Counted from the stretch's first letter, positions 18,567 to 28,822 are shown. The stretch is DNA of 64,000 bases from Nitrogeniibacter aestuarii (GCF_017309585.1 NZ_CP071321.1:156335-220334); one strand, 5' to 3'. Notes: generated by a model not told the origin, from the letters alone. Program-made: numbers and translations.

Positions 18567-19082
18567 TCAAGCCGTCTTCTTAACCGCCACCCGACGGCGC
18601 GTCACCGGCTTCTTCTCCACAGCCGTGGTGCTCTGTTCCATCGTCTTCAGCATGCTCGCGCCGGCTTCGGCGGCCAGTTCGGCGCTTTCTTCGACGGCTT
18701 GTGTCATCAGTTCGGCGGCTTCGACCATCACTTCAGTGCCGGCCGGGCTCCAGCGCTGCAGATCTTCGTAGCTGGCGTGGGCGGTGCGCTGGATGGTGGC
18801 CAGCTGGGCGTTGAGCAGGTCGACCCACTTTTCGTAGCTGTTGGTGAACACCTGCATGGCGCTTTGCAGCACCGAGACGGCGGTGTCCACCTGCACGGGG
18901 CTCGGTTGAGCGCCGGAGAGCATGGTCTGGGCGCGCTCGGCCTGGGTGTCGAAGCTGTCGCGGGCGTGCTGGAGCGAGAGCTGCATCATTTTCTCGATGG
19001 TATCCACGCTCAATTGACCATAGGCGTGCAGGTGGTCGATGGATTCGATCTGGTGTTCTTTGACGAGCGCTTGGGCAATCAT
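18567..19082 (-). CDS. phaP: phasin-family PHA granule-associated protein
   Basis: 171 aa from MIAQALVKEH with RBS GAGG. Ala/Gln/Glu-rich amphipathic helical composition typical of phasins (TIGR01841-like). Confidence 0.8.
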   Translation of the reverse strand: MIAQALVKEHQIESIDHLHAYGQLSVDTIEKMMQLSLQHARDSFDTQAERAQTMLSGAQPSPVQVDTAVSVLQSAMQVFTNSYEKWVDLLNAQLATIQRTAHASYEDLQRWSPAGTEVMVEAAELMTQAVEESAELAAEAGASMLKTMEQSTTAVEKKPVTRRRVAVKKTA

Positions 19083-19197
19083 GGGTTTGACCTCACTGGG
19101 TTGTCCGGGGGGTTGTCGGGAGCATAAGGGTGTTCTGTGACATCCATATGGAGGCATTGCCTACGGGATGAACGCAGGGTATGTAGGATAAGACCGA

Positions 19198-19213
19198 TTG
19201 TGCATTGCACCAA
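19198..19213. promoter_or_regulatory. Palindromic operator-like site upstream of phasin (possible PhaR box)
   Basis: TTGTGCATTGCACCAA (GTGCA-T-TGCAC core) about 115 nt upstream of the phaP start, in the divergent phaP/MFS intergenic region. Confidence 0.25.
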
Positions 19214-19438
19214 ACCCGGTACAATGTTCCTACAAAACTAATTTGCGTTCCAGCGTTGGCCGGTGATCCCGGCACTGCAGTTCGATCGGACAGGAACGCG
19301 CGCGGGTTGTGCTCACAGAGCAGCCCATTTGGTGATCGCGTAAGCGCGCACTGGTCACGTCGATCGTGTCTGCGTGCCTTTGTCCGGTCGAGGTCGCGGT
19401 GGTTGATCCACCTGGTCGAAGCTGACGCCTGGAGAAAC

Positions 19439-20692
19439 ATGCTTCCGGTTGTCGCTCGTATCTTGGCGCTGCTCTCAGGGACGATCCTCTTGCTTTTGGG
19501 GGTCGGCCTGCTCAATACGCTCCTCGTGCTTCGCGGGGCGCTCGAAGGCTTTTCCGACAGCATCCTCGGCCTCATGGGGTCGAGTTATTTCGCTGGCTTC
19601 CTTGTCGGCACCTTGCTGGTGCCGCGTCTTATCAAACGAATCGGCCACATTCGTGGCTTTGCATTCTTCACTGCGGCGGTCGGTGCGGCCGTGCTCGGTC
19701 ATCTCATGGTGATCGACCCCTGGGTGTGGATTGCACTGCGCGTCATTGCTGGGGCCGCTATCGTCGGGCTCTACATCGTGATCGAGAGCTGGCTGTCCAG
19801 TGATGCGGGTGAAGCGCTACGCGGGCGGGTGTTCGCGGTGTACATGGTGTGTAACCTGGGCGCCCTGGCGGCGGCGCAACAGTTGCTGAATGTGGATGCG
19901 CCTTCCGGTTACTTGCTGTTCGTGATTGCGGCGTTTTTCGTGAGTCTGGCGGCCATGCCGGTGTCGGCGACACGTTTGCCGCCGCCCGAACTGCCCAGCG
20001 GCGAACGCATGACACTACTGGCCTGTTATCGTAAGGCGCCGGTCGCGGTCACCACAGGCGTGTTGTCGGGGCTGGCCATGGGCGCTTTCTGGAGTCTGGG
20101 CGCCGTTTATGTCGGCCGCCTCGGGGCGGACGAGACGGTCGCGGCCGATTTCATGACGGCGGCGATTCTGGGCGGCGTCGCCCTTCAATGGCCCATTGGC
20201 CACTTTTCTGACGGTAACGACCGCCGCCGTACGCTGGTGGTGGTGGCCCTGATCACTGCGGCGGCTTCGGCGGGCATGCTGATGGTCGGGGCGGATTACT
20301 GGCTCATGCTCGCAGCCACGTTTGCCTTTGGCGGTGTGGCGTTTTCTCTGTACCCGATTGCGGTCGCTCACCTCGTCGACCACCTGCGAGCCGAAGAAAT
20401 TCTCAGCGGCAGCGCATCTTTACTACTCTTTCATGGAGGCGGCGCCGCGGTCGGTCCGATGATCGCCGGGGCGCTGATGAGCCATCTGGGGCCCATGGCC
20501 CTGCCGATTCACTTCATGGTGATGACCCTGCTGCTGGCGGGCATTGCCTTCTGGCACACGCGCCGACGTGCCGACGTCATCGTCGATGAGCCGGCCGTGT
20601 TCGTGCCCATGGTGCGTACCTCTCAGGGTGCGCTGGACATGATGGCGGCGGACCATGCGACCGCAGCCAGTACAGAAACCCACGCCAATTGA
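19439..20692 (+). CDS. MFS transporter
   Basis: 417 aa, 12 predicted TM helices. RBS GGAGAAAC before the ATG at 19439. ATGA-type overlap with the downstream gene. Confidence 0.8.
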   Translation: MLPVVARILALLSGTILLLLGVGLLNTLLVLRGALEGFSDSILGLMGSSYFAGFLVGTLLVPRLIKRIGHIRGFAFFTAAVGAAVLGHLMVIDPWVWIALRVIAGAAIVGLYIVIESWLSSDAGEALRGRVFAVYMVCNLGALAAAQQLLNVDAPSGYLLFVIAAFFVSLAAMPVSATRLPPPELPSGERMTLLACYRKAPVAVTTGVLSGLAMGAFWSLGAVYVGRLGADETVAADFMTAAILGGVALQWPIGHFSDGNDRRRTLVVVALITAAASAGMLMVGADYWLMLAATFAFGGVAFSLYPIAVAHLVDHLRAEEILSGSASLLLFHGGGAAVGPMIAGALMSHLGPMALPIHFMVMTLLLAGIAFWHTRRRADVIVDEPAVFVPMVRTSQGALDMMAADHATAASTETHAN

Positions 20693-20703
20693 GGATAACA
20701 ACG

Positions 20704-23001
20704 ATGATTCTTGCAACCGATCTGGATGGTACTTTTCTGGCGGGCGACCCCGAAAACCGCGCCCGCCTGTATCAGCTCATCAACAACCACCCCGAGATCA
20801 CGCTGGTCTTCGTGACCGGCCGGGGGCTCGAAGTGGTCATGCCCCTGCTCGATGACCCCACCATCCCTCAACCCGATTTCATCATCTGCGACGTGGGTGC
20901 CACCGTCGTCGAAGGTACGCATCTGCAGTCGGTGGAGCCGATCCAGTCGTCGATCGATGCCATCTGGCCCGGTCAGCACGTCGTTGCCGAACAGGTGGCC
21001 GACATCCCCGGCATTCGTCGCCAGAAGATTCCGCAGCAGCGCCGCTGCTCGTACTTCTGCGATGCAGAGGCGGTCACCGACGAGCTGCGCAAGCGGGTCG
21101 AGGCACTGGGTTGCGAGTTGCTGTATTCGGCCGACAAGTATCTGGACGTGCTGCCCAAAGGGATCAACAAGGGCAACACGCTGGTTCAGCTGGTCGATCT
21201 GCTCGAAGTGCCGCGGGACGAGGTGATTGTCGCCGGCGATACGCTGAACGATCTGTCCATGTTCGAGGTGGGCCTGTTCGGGGTGGCCGTGGGCGAGTCA
21301 GAACAAGGCCTGCTCGACGCCACCCGCGACCGCTCCAAGATCCTTCACGCCAAGCACACTGGCTGTGGCGGCATTCTCGAAGCCTTGTCGCACTTCGGCT
21401 TCCTGGGCCAGGGGGCGGTGGCCGCCGAGCTGGCCGAGCTGTCCAAGCCAGGGCGCTCAGAGCTGGTGATGGTGTATCACCGCCTGCCCTACGAAGAAAC
21501 CTGGGAGAACGGCGAGCTGGTGCGTCGTCGGCCCACGTCCCCCAACGGCATCATGCCGACGCTGTTCTCGTTCTTCAAAGGCGGCAAGCGCGGCGCCTGG
21601 GTGGCCTGGTCCATCCACGACCCCGAGAGCGGCCGCCCTTTTGAAACCCACACCGTGGTGGATCGCAAGGAATTCCCGGGCCTGGTGGCGGCGCGCGTAG
21701 CGCTCACCAAGAACGACGTGGACGTCTTCTACAAGCGTTTTTCCAAGGAAGCCTTCTGGCCGACGCTGCATACCTTCTGGGAGCGCGCGCACTTCCGCGA
21801 GGAAGACTGGGAGGTGTTTCTCAAGGTGAACCGCATGTTCGCCGAGCGCACTGCGGCCGAGGCCGCCGAGGGCGCGCTGGTGTGGCTGCATGACTACAAC
21901 CTGTGGATGGTGCCGGCCTTCCTGCGCGAGTTCCGCCCCGATCTGCGTATCGCCTTCTTCCACCACACCTACTTCCCGTCTGCCGATGTGTTCAACGTGC
22001 TGCCGTGGCGCCGCGAGATCATCGGCAGCCTGATGCAGTGCGACTACATCGGCTTCCATATCCCGCGTCAGGTGGAGAACTTCATCGATGCCGCGCAGGG
22101 GGTGCTGCCGGTCAAGGTGGTCGAGCGCAAGGCCAGTGCGCCACGCTTCCGCACCTATGGCTGCGCGGTGGGCGTGGACACCTACGCCACCACAATCGAG
22201 GTGCACAATCGCCGCATCGGGCTGGGCGCCCACCCGGTCGGGCTCGACGTGGGCCGCATCGAGAAGATTCTGGCCGAGCAGTCGACCCAGAAGCGTATGG
22301 AAGCCTTGCGGGCCGAGCTGGCGGGCAAGCGCATGGTGCTGTCGGTGGAGCGCCTGGACTACACCAAGGGCACGCTGCAGAAGATCGAGGCCTTTGAGCG
22401 CCTGCTTGAAAAGCATCCCGAGTTCCACGGCAAGGTCACCCTGGTGACTGTGTGTGTGCCGGCGGCCAAGGAAATGACCATCTACCAGCAGTTGCAGGAG
22501 CAGATCGAGCGCGCCGTGGGGCGGGTCAACGGCCGTTTCTCCACCGTGGGCTGGACGCCGCTGCAGTTCTTCTTCCGTCCGCTGCCCTTCGAAGAGGTGG
22601 TGAGCTACTACGCCATGGCCGACGTCATGTGGATCACCCCATTGCGCGATGGCCTCAACCTGGTGGCCAAGGAATACGTCGCCACGCAGGGCCTCACCAA
22701 CGGCAAGGGCACCCTGGTGCTGTCCGAGTTTGCCGGCGTGGCGGCCGAGCTGCATGGCACCTTGCTCACCAATCCGCACGACCCGGCCGATCTGGAAGAC
22801 AAGATCTACCTGGGGCTGACCATGAGTGGTTCGAATGGCGACCCGGCCGGGCGCATCCGTCAGCAGTTCGGCATCGTCCAGCACAACGATGTGCACGCCT
22901 GGGGGCAGGAGTTCATGGAGGCGGTCAAGGCGGTGGATACCACCCCGCTGGAAGACCGTGAAGAGCCTGCGATGGCATCCGAACTCAGCGGTGTAAGCTG
23001 A
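20704..23001 (+). CDS. Bifunctional HAD-IIB sugar-phosphate phosphatase / GT20 glycosyltransferase (GgpPS-like glucosylglycerol-phosphate or trehalose-6-P phosphatase-synthase fusion)
   Basis: N-terminal HAD motif I (ATDLDGTFL) and motif III (VIVAGDTLNDLSM). C-terminal GT20/OtsA-like motifs (VVYHRLPYEE, LVWLHDYNLWMVPAFLRE, FFHHTYFPS, VSYYAMADVMWITPLRDGLNLVAKEY). RBS GAGGATAACAACGATG. Confidence 0.75.
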   Translation: MILATDLDGTFLAGDPENRARLYQLINNHPEITLVFVTGRGLEVVMPLLDDPTIPQPDFIICDVGATVVEGTHLQSVEPIQSSIDAIWPGQHVVAEQVADIPGIRRQKIPQQRRCSYFCDAEAVTDELRKRVEALGCELLYSADKYLDVLPKGINKGNTLVQLVDLLEVPRDEVIVAGDTLNDLSMFEVGLFGVAVGESEQGLLDATRDRSKILHAKHTGCGGILEALSHFGFLGQGAVAAELAELSKPGRSELVMVYHRLPYEETWENGELVRRRPTSPNGIMPTLFSFFKGGKRGAWVAWSIHDPESGRPFETHTVVDRKEFPGLVAARVALTKNDVDVFYKRFSKEAFWPTLHTFWERAHFREEDWEVFLKVNRMFAERTAAEAAEGALVWLHDYNLWMVPAFLREFRPDLRIAFFHHTYFPSADVFNVLPWRREIIGSLMQCDYIGFHIPRQVENFIDAAQGVLPVKVVERKASAPRFRTYGCAVGVDTYATTIEVHNRRIGLGAHPVGLDVGRIEKILAEQSTQKRMEALRAELAGKRMVLSVERLDYTKGTLQKIEAFERLLEKHPEFHGKVTLVTVCVPAAKEMTIYQQLQEQIERAVGRVNGRFSTVGWTPLQFFFRPLPFEEVVSYYAMADVMWITPLRDGLNLVAKEYVATQGLTNGKGTLVLSEFAGVAAELHGTLLTNPHDPADLEDKIYLGLTMSGSNGDPAGRIRQQFGIVQHNDVHAWGQEFMEAVKAVDTTPLEDREEPAMASELSGVS

Positions 23002-23230
23002 CCGGCGACTCGCCAGGAGCGCCCCAGGCATAGACCTCCAGGGCGTCGTGGTCGCATTTGCAGCAATCGCCGCAGGTCTGGGCCGGGAGCTTGTGCACCC
23101 GGCCTTTTCTTTCGAGGGTCTCGAGCATGGCGCGCAGGGCGTCGGGCGCCATGCCCAGTTTGAGTGAGAGGTCCTGAACGCTCGCGCGCTGATGTTCGCG
23201 CAGCACATCCCGAAGCTTGTTGATCAGCAT
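22985..23230 (-). CDS. feoC: FeoC-like ferrous iron transport regulator (winged-helix plus Cys cluster)
   Basis: 81 aa. LRDVLREH...DLSLKLGMAPDALRAMLETLERKGRV followed by CGDCCKC. Directly downstream of feoB. Confidence 0.6.
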   Translation of the reverse strand: MLINKLRDVLREHQRASVQDLSLKLGMAPDALRAMLETLERKGRVHKLPAQTCGDCCKCDHDALEVYAWGAPGESPVSLHR

Positions 23231-23240
23231 TGCCGGCCCC

Positions 23241-25559
23241 TCAAGTGCTGGATGCCACGGCAGGCGCGGCAAGACGTTTGCCCTGGTGGCGCAGGGCGAG
23301 GAAGACCGCGCCGATCGCCACGACCACGATGCCCACCTCGGTGGCAGAGCGGCTGGGATGCTGGGCAAAGGTGGCCAACTGGTAGTACAGGGTGGCCAGC
23401 CCGTAGGCCAGCCCGGTGGTCCACAACGACACAAAGCTCGCCCAGCGACCGCCCGCTTCCTGGTAAATGGCCGCCACGGTGGCGCTGCACGGCATGTAGA
23501 GCAGGATGAACAGCAAATAGGCGAAGGCCCCGGCCGCGCCGTCAAACCGGGCGGCCATGGCACCGAAAGTGCCGACCGACACGGCTTGTTCGGCCGCTGT
23601 TGCCTCGGTATCGCTCAGATCGCCCACGCTCACCCCCAGCGGATCGGTCCAGCCGCCCAGGGCATCCATGAGGTTGACCGGGATGGTTTCGGCCGCAGCG
23701 ACGAGACCGCCCCAGACGCTGAACGGCGCAGCCTCGGTCTCCGGCGCGTCCTGCTGGGCCAGTGCGGTATAGGCCGCATCCAGCGTCCCGACCACGGCCT
23801 CTTTGGCAAGCACGCCGGTGACGATGCCCACGGCCGCTGGCCAGTTGTCCTCATGCAGACCCATCGGGGCAAACACCGGGCTCACCGCGCGACCCACTTC
23901 GGCCAGCACCGACCTGTCGCTGTTGTCATTGCCGAAGCTGCCATCGGTGCCCACGTTGTTGAGCAGGGTGATGACCAGCACCATGGGCACGATCACGCGA
24001 CCGGCACCGACGACAAAGCTCTTGAGCCGCGACCAGGTGTGGATCATCACGCCCTTGGCGGTGGGCAGGTGGTAGGGCGGCAGCTCCATGATGTAGGGCG
24101 CGCTTTCGCCCGACAGCAAGGTGCGCTTGAGCGCCAGCCCGGTGATCACCGCCGCGGCGATGCCGATCAGGTAGAGGGCAAACACCACGTTCTGCGCGCC
24201 CTGCGGGAAGAACGCCGCGGCGAACAGCACATATACCGGCAGGCGCGCCCCGCAGGACATGAAGGGCACCATGGCCATGGTCATCAGGCGATCGCGTTTG
24301 CGCTCCAGCGTGCGGGTGGACATCACCGCCGGCACGTTGCAGCCGAAACCCACGATCAGCGGCACGAAGGACTTGCCCGGCAGGCCCATCCAGTTCATCA
24401 GCCGGTCCATCACGAACGCGGCGCGGGCCATGTATCCCGAGTCTTCCAGCACTGACAGGAACAGGTACAGGCAGGCGATCACCGGGATGAAGGTCGCCAC
24501 GGTCTGAACACCGCCACCCACGCCATTGGCCACCAGCACGGTGAGCCACTGGGGCATGTTCATGGCCGCCATGATGTGGCCGAGGCCGTCGACCATGAGC
24601 GTGCCCACGGCCATGTCGAAGAAATCGATGAAGGCGCTGCCGATGTTGATGGTGAACATGAACATCAGGTACATCACGCCCAGGAAGATGGGAATGCCGA
24701 GCACCCGGTTGAGCACCACGCGGTCAATGCGCGCCGTGGTGTCCCGTGGGACTTCGCCGATCACGCGCACCGCGTTGCCGGCAATGGCGTTCGCGAGGGT
24801 GTAGCGCGCATCGGCGACGAGGATGTCCACATCATCGTTCAGTTCGGCCTGCAGCCTGCGCGCGCGCTCGGCACCCACGGGCCCGACGGCCTGCATGGCC
24901 AGATCGTCGCCTTCGAGCAGACGTACCGACAACCAGCGCGCCGACACATGGGTGTCGAGGGCCGCGGGCAGCGCGAGCGGCTCGAGTTGCGCCATGGCCG
25001 TGGCCAGGCTGGCTTCGTAAGTGACGTCGGCGGTGGCCCTGGGCAGGCGGACAAGCGCATCGTGAATGGCCAGGCGGAGTCGATCAATGCCGTCGCCTTG
25101 TGCCGCGCTGGCCAGCACCACCGGTACGCCCAGTGACTTCTCCAGTGCATCCGGATCGAGGGCCAGGCCCTTGGCCCGCGCCACATCGGTCATGTTGAGC
25201 ACCAGCAGCATGGGCACGCCCATTTCGGCCAGCTCGATGGTGAGATACAGGTTGCGCTCCAGATTGGAGGCATCGACCACGTTGACGATCAGACTCGCCT
25301 CGTTGGCGTGGATGTAGTCCCGCGCCAGTTTTTCATCGAGCGACACCTCGCCATCGACCACATCCAGCGAGTAGGTGCCGGGCAGATCGACCACTTCAAC
25401 CGCCTGACCCGTGAAGCGGTATTCACCGTGCTTGCGCTCGACCGTCACGCCGGGCCAGTTGCCCACATGCTGGCGGGCGCCGGTCAGCGCGTTGAAGACG
25501 GTGGTCTTGCCGCAGTTGGGGTTGCCCACCAGGGCGATGGTCTGGCGTTGTTGCATCAC
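23241..25559 (-). CDS. feoB: Ferrous iron transporter FeoB
   Basis: G-protein motifs (IALVGNPNCGKTTVFNALTG, DLPGTYSL). Polytopic membrane C-terminal domain with the Gate motif regions. Overlaps the feoA stop. Confidence 0.9.
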   Translation of the reverse strand: MMQQRQTIALVGNPNCGKTTVFNALTGARQHVGNWPGVTVERKHGEYRFTGQAVEVVDLPGTYSLDVVDGEVSLDEKLARDYIHANEASLIVNVVDASNLERNLYLTIELAEMGVPMLLVLNMTDVARAKGLALDPDALEKSLGVPVVLASAAQGDGIDRLRLAIHDALVRLPRATADVTYEASLATAMAQLEPLALPAALDTHVSARWLSVRLLEGDDLAMQAVGPVGAERARRLQAELNDDVDILVADARYTLANAIAGNAVRVIGEVPRDTTARIDRVVLNRVLGIPIFLGVMYLMFMFTINIGSAFIDFFDMAVGTLMVDGLGHIMAAMNMPQWLTVLVANGVGGGVQTVATFIPVIACLYLFLSVLEDSGYMARAAFVMDRLMNWMGLPGKSFVPLIVGFGCNVPAVMSTRTLERKRDRLMTMAMVPFMSCGARLPVYVLFAAAFFPQGAQNVVFALYLIGIAAAVITGLALKRTLLSGESAPYIMELPPYHLPTAKGVMIHTWSRLKSFVVGAGRVIVPMVLVITLLNNVGTDGSFGNDNSDRSVLAEVGRAVSPVFAPMGLHEDNWPAAVGIVTGVLAKEAVVGTLDAAYTALAQQDAPETEAAPFSVWGGLVAAAETIPVNLMDALGGWTDPLGVSVGDLSDTEATAAEQAVSVGTFGAMAARFDGAAGAFAYLLFILLYMPCSATVAAIYQEAGGRWASFVSLWTTGLAYGLATLYYQLATFAQHPSRSATEVGIVVVAIGAVFLALRHQGKRLAAPAVASST

Positions 25560-25804
25560 AACTTCTCCACTTCCAGCGCGTCGGCCTCGTCCTTGCGCAG
25601 CGACAGCGCCGAGCCGCGCACGCGGATTTCCACCGGATCGCCCATGGGGGCGACGCGCACCACCGTGAACGGGGTGCCCGGAGTGAGGCCCATGGACAGG
25701 AGCTTGCGACGATAGGCCTTGCCGGTCGGATTAAAGCCGGCGATCTTCGCCTGGTCGCCAACCGCAAGGTGCTTGAGCATCATCGTCATGTCGCTGGAAA
25801 TCAT
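25556..25804 (-). CDS. feoA: FeoA
   Basis: SH3-like FeoA signature (LAVGDQAKIAGF...GLTPGTPFTVVRVAPMGDPVEIRVRGSALSLRKDEA). The start may be an internal Met (MTMML). Confidence 0.8.
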   Translation of the reverse strand: MISSDMTMMLKHLAVGDQAKIAGFNPTGKAYRRKLLSMGLTPGTPFTVVRVAPMGDPVEIRVRGSALSLRKDEADALEVEKL

Positions 25805-25819
25805 CAGGGTCTCGAGTGT

Positions 25820-25856
25820 AAGTGAAAATTATTCCTATTTGCACTTCGATTAACTT
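25820..25856 (-). promoter_or_regulatory. AT-rich promoter region with Fur-box-like sequence upstream of feoABC
   Basis: GTGAAAATTATTCCTATTTGCACTTCGATTAAC is a 35-bp AT-rich patch in a GC-rich genome, 15-50 nt upstream of feoA. It matches the 19-bp Fur consensus only partially (~11/19). Confidence 0.3.
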
Positions 25857-26244
25857 GCGCTGGATCAATCTTTCCGGAAATTCTCGCAAGGACGGCAAGG
25901 GCTCCCGCAAGAACAGGGCCATGGCGGGTTCATCCAGAGGGTCGTGTCCGGCCGACTCGACTAAGTGCTTGGATAGGCAGCGTTTTGACCTGGTGTTGGG
26001 GGCGCGGTTTGGGTGGGGGTGTGCTCGGCCGTGTGTGTCGGGTTTGCGACATCCCGCGCTCGCTTGTCTCGGCGGCGATAGCGGTCTGGCGGCGTGCCGG
26101 CCGATGTCGGGAATTTTGACACCGGGCGCTCGTTGCTTGAAAGAATGCGGCTCAAAGAGGGCTTTGATGCCGTTGGCCTGATGTGTGCTTGCGACTGATT
26201 GACGCATCAACTCCCGTCAGTCACACAGTCACGAGGTCGGAAGA

Positions 26245-26853
26245 ATGAGAAATCTGTTGTTTGCAGCGGTGCTGCTGATGTCCGGGGCGGCCCATGCGGC
26301 ATTGCTCGGCACCACCGTTACCGCGACCGGGACATATTCGAACCCGCTGGGTCTGGTCAATGACGGATTCATCCCCCCCGAAACGACGCCCTGGGCCAGC
26401 GGGACCAACGTGTTCTGGAGCGACGGGGGCAACAACACCGTTCGATTCGTTTTCGACCTGGGCGCTGATTTTCTGGTCAGGGATATTCTCGTGTCGGTGG
26501 ACAACAATGACGCCTATCGCGCGCAGTACTCGACAGACGCGTCGAACTGGACCGATCTGTTCATCATCCCGAGTGCCGGGGGTGAGATTTCCCCGATCCA
26601 GGGAGGCCTGGATACCCTGACCAGCGAGGCCGCATCGCTCGAATATCTGCCCGCCATGGACTTCGCCGGGCAGATCGCGCGCTACATTTCGTTCGAGGCG
26701 ATTGGCGGCGACAGCAGCTACGCGCTGGCTGAATTGCAGATCTTCGGCGACGAATTGCCGGTTGACCGCCCGGTGCCGGCGCCCGGCACCGCATTGCTGC
26801 TGGCGGCTGGCCTGGCCGCGATGCGTTTTTCCCGCCAGCGCCGGGGGCGCTGA
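26245..26853 (+). CDS. PEP-CTERM sorting-domain secreted protein (galactose-binding-like N-terminal domain)
   Basis: Signal peptide (LLMSGAAHA). C-terminal VPAPGTALLLAAGLAAMRFSRQRRGR (PEP-variant motif, TM helix, basic tail). Confidence 0.75.
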   Translation: MRNLLFAAVLLMSGAAHAALLGTTVTATGTYSNPLGLVNDGFIPPETTPWASGTNVFWSDGGNNTVRFVFDLGADFLVRDILVSVDNNDAYRAQYSTDASNWTDLFIIPSAGGEISPIQGGLDTLTSEAASLEYLPAMDFAGQIARYISFEAIGGDSSYALAELQIFGDELPVDRPVPAPGTALLLAAGLAAMRFSRQRRGR

Positions 26854-26863
26854 GTCCCGCAGC

Positions 26864-28738
26864 TCACATCACGCGAGCGCCGCGTTTCCAGAAGAACTTG
26901 CTGCCGAACTGCTTGTTGTCGCCGTCCACGCAGATCACGATGGTTTCATCCGGCAGTTCAACGGTCTCGAGGATGCGGCGCTGAATGTCTTCTGCACGAT
27001 CCCGGTTGTGGCGCCGAAGGGCGCCGGTGATGCTGAACCCCAGCACGTAGAGCGGTCGGTCGGGCTGGTGCCGGACGCGCTTGCGCAGCAGATAGGCCTT
27101 GCGCACGCCGCCGATGCCTGACAGTTGTTCGCGCAAGCGTGCGAGTTGCGCGTCCGGCAATTCATGGCGCTCGAAGGTGTCGTCCAGACGCACCTCGTTA
27201 CGCTCCTTGTTCGCCAGGTACTCAAGTTCGCTGCGTTCCACCAGGCGCTCGTGCCAGGCGTCGGCTTCCTCTTTCCGGCCGTGTCGCCAGTGGTAGTCGC
27301 GCAAGGCTTCGCTGCCGGGGGCGATGGCAGCCTCATCCACGGTCATGGCGCGTTCGATCAGTGGCTGCCCGCCATCATCGTCGCGGTCGAGCAGGCGGGT
27401 GCCTACCGAATAGAGCACGACCGGGTCGTCCGGGACGCGTTCGAGCAGCGCCCTGAGTTGTGCCAGCGCGCCATCGGCATCGTCGCCGATGCTTTCGGTC
27501 AGTCGCGCCCGCTCCAGCGCCTCGTCCCGGGGGAGCGGGGCCTCGGTCTGCGCGCGCTCATCCAGTGCCGCCAAACGGGCACGCCCTTCCTGGACCTCGC
27601 GGTAGCGCTCGTCCCATGACGGGGCGATGGCCTCTCGCCACTGGTGGTCGAAGGCCTCCGTGATCGGCTCGAGTGCATCGCCAAGCAGGCGGTCGGCCGA
27701 GGTGCCGTCAGTTGGCGGGGCCAGCCTTGGCTGGGCGTCGAAGGCGGCCAGGCGGTCCTTGAGCGCCGGGTGCGTGTCGCCCGAGCCGGTCTGGCGGGCC
27801 ATGGCCTGTTCGAGCCAGCTGCGGGTCGAGTCTGCATCCACATCGTCGACAAAGTGCCGACCCATGCCGGTGTACGGCAGGACATTGGGCTGCGCCTGAT
27901 CGTCGGCCTGGCGGTGCAGTTGCGGCCAGAAGCGTTCGGACAGATAGCTGCTCATGACCTCGACGCCGGTCAGTGCCTCGGCGGCGGCCTCTGGCGACGT
28001 CAAACGCACGGCCGTGGCGTCCGCCTGATATTCGTTGGCACGCGCCATCGGGAATGAATAGGCGGTGAAATACGGGACGAAACGGTTGAGGAAGGGCTTG
28101 AACAGAAATCCGCCCCGGCTCTCAGTGGCTTCGAGCACATCCACCAGTCGCGCCCAGCGCAGCCGCTGGCGGTAGATCCAGTTCGACACCCGTCCGTGAC
28201 CCCGGGCCAGGTGGCCGAATTCATGTGCCAGCACGGCCTTGAACTGTTCGACACTGAGCGACTTCATCAGCGGCAGGCCGATCAGCAGATAGTTGCGTGG
28301 CCAGCCGAAGACGCCCAGTCGCGGTGACTGAACCACGCCTGCGTTGAAGTCGTCGGTGACCAGCACGTGATGAAAGCGGGGGGCGTCGAGGTCTCGACGC
28401 AGGGCTTCGATCATGGCGAACAGTTCAGGACTGTCCTGGGCGGTGACTTCGGTGCCGGTCGGCGGCGGGATCTTGACCCACAAAGCCTTGATCACCATCC
28501 ACAGAAAGATGCCGACGATGAAGATCAGCTTGATCGCCAAGGCCTTGAGCACGGCCACGGAGGCAACCAGGCCGACCAGCAGCGCCACGATCAACAGCAG
28601 GATGCCCATGACGTAAGCGTTACCCAGAGCCGCCAGTCCGAGCACGCGCGCCGTGTAGGCCCCGGGGCGGGTGTGCGCGTCGTTTTCGAGGCGTGCGACC
28701 AGTGCGTCGAATTCATCACGTGTCATGGTGGTCACCAT
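26864..28738 (-). CDS. M48-family zinc metallopeptidase, membrane-anchored
   Basis: HEFGH zinc motif (HEXXH). TM helices flanking. Long TPR-like helical C-terminal region. Confidence 0.8.
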   Translation of the reverse strand: MVTTMTRDEFDALVARLENDAHTRPGAYTARVLGLAALGNAYVMGILLLIVALLVGLVASVAVLKALAIKLIFIVGIFLWMVIKALWVKIPPPTGTEVTAQDSPELFAMIEALRRDLDAPRFHHVLVTDDFNAGVVQSPRLGVFGWPRNYLLIGLPLMKSLSVEQFKAVLAHEFGHLARGHGRVSNWIYRQRLRWARLVDVLEATESRGGFLFKPFLNRFVPYFTAYSFPMARANEYQADATAVRLTSPEAAAEALTGVEVMSSYLSERFWPQLHRQADDQAQPNVLPYTGMGRHFVDDVDADSTRSWLEQAMARQTGSGDTHPALKDRLAAFDAQPRLAPPTDGTSADRLLGDALEPITEAFDHQWREAIAPSWDERYREVQEGRARLAALDERAQTEAPLPRDEALERARLTESIGDDADGALAQLRALLERVPDDPVVLYSVGTRLLDRDDDGGQPLIERAMTVDEAAIAPGSEALRDYHWRHGRKEEADAWHERLVERSELEYLANKERNEVRLDDTFERHELPDAQLARLREQLSGIGGVRKAYLLRKRVRHQPDRPLYVLGFSITGALRRHNRDRAEDIQRRILETVELPDETIVICVDGDNKQFGSKFFWKRGARVM

Positions 28739-28822
28739 TCAGTGCGCTTGAAATGCCGGGCAGCCTAGCATGGCGTTTGCATGATCCGTGAGGAAAAATG
28801 CCTCAAGTCGCCGAGCGGCCGG

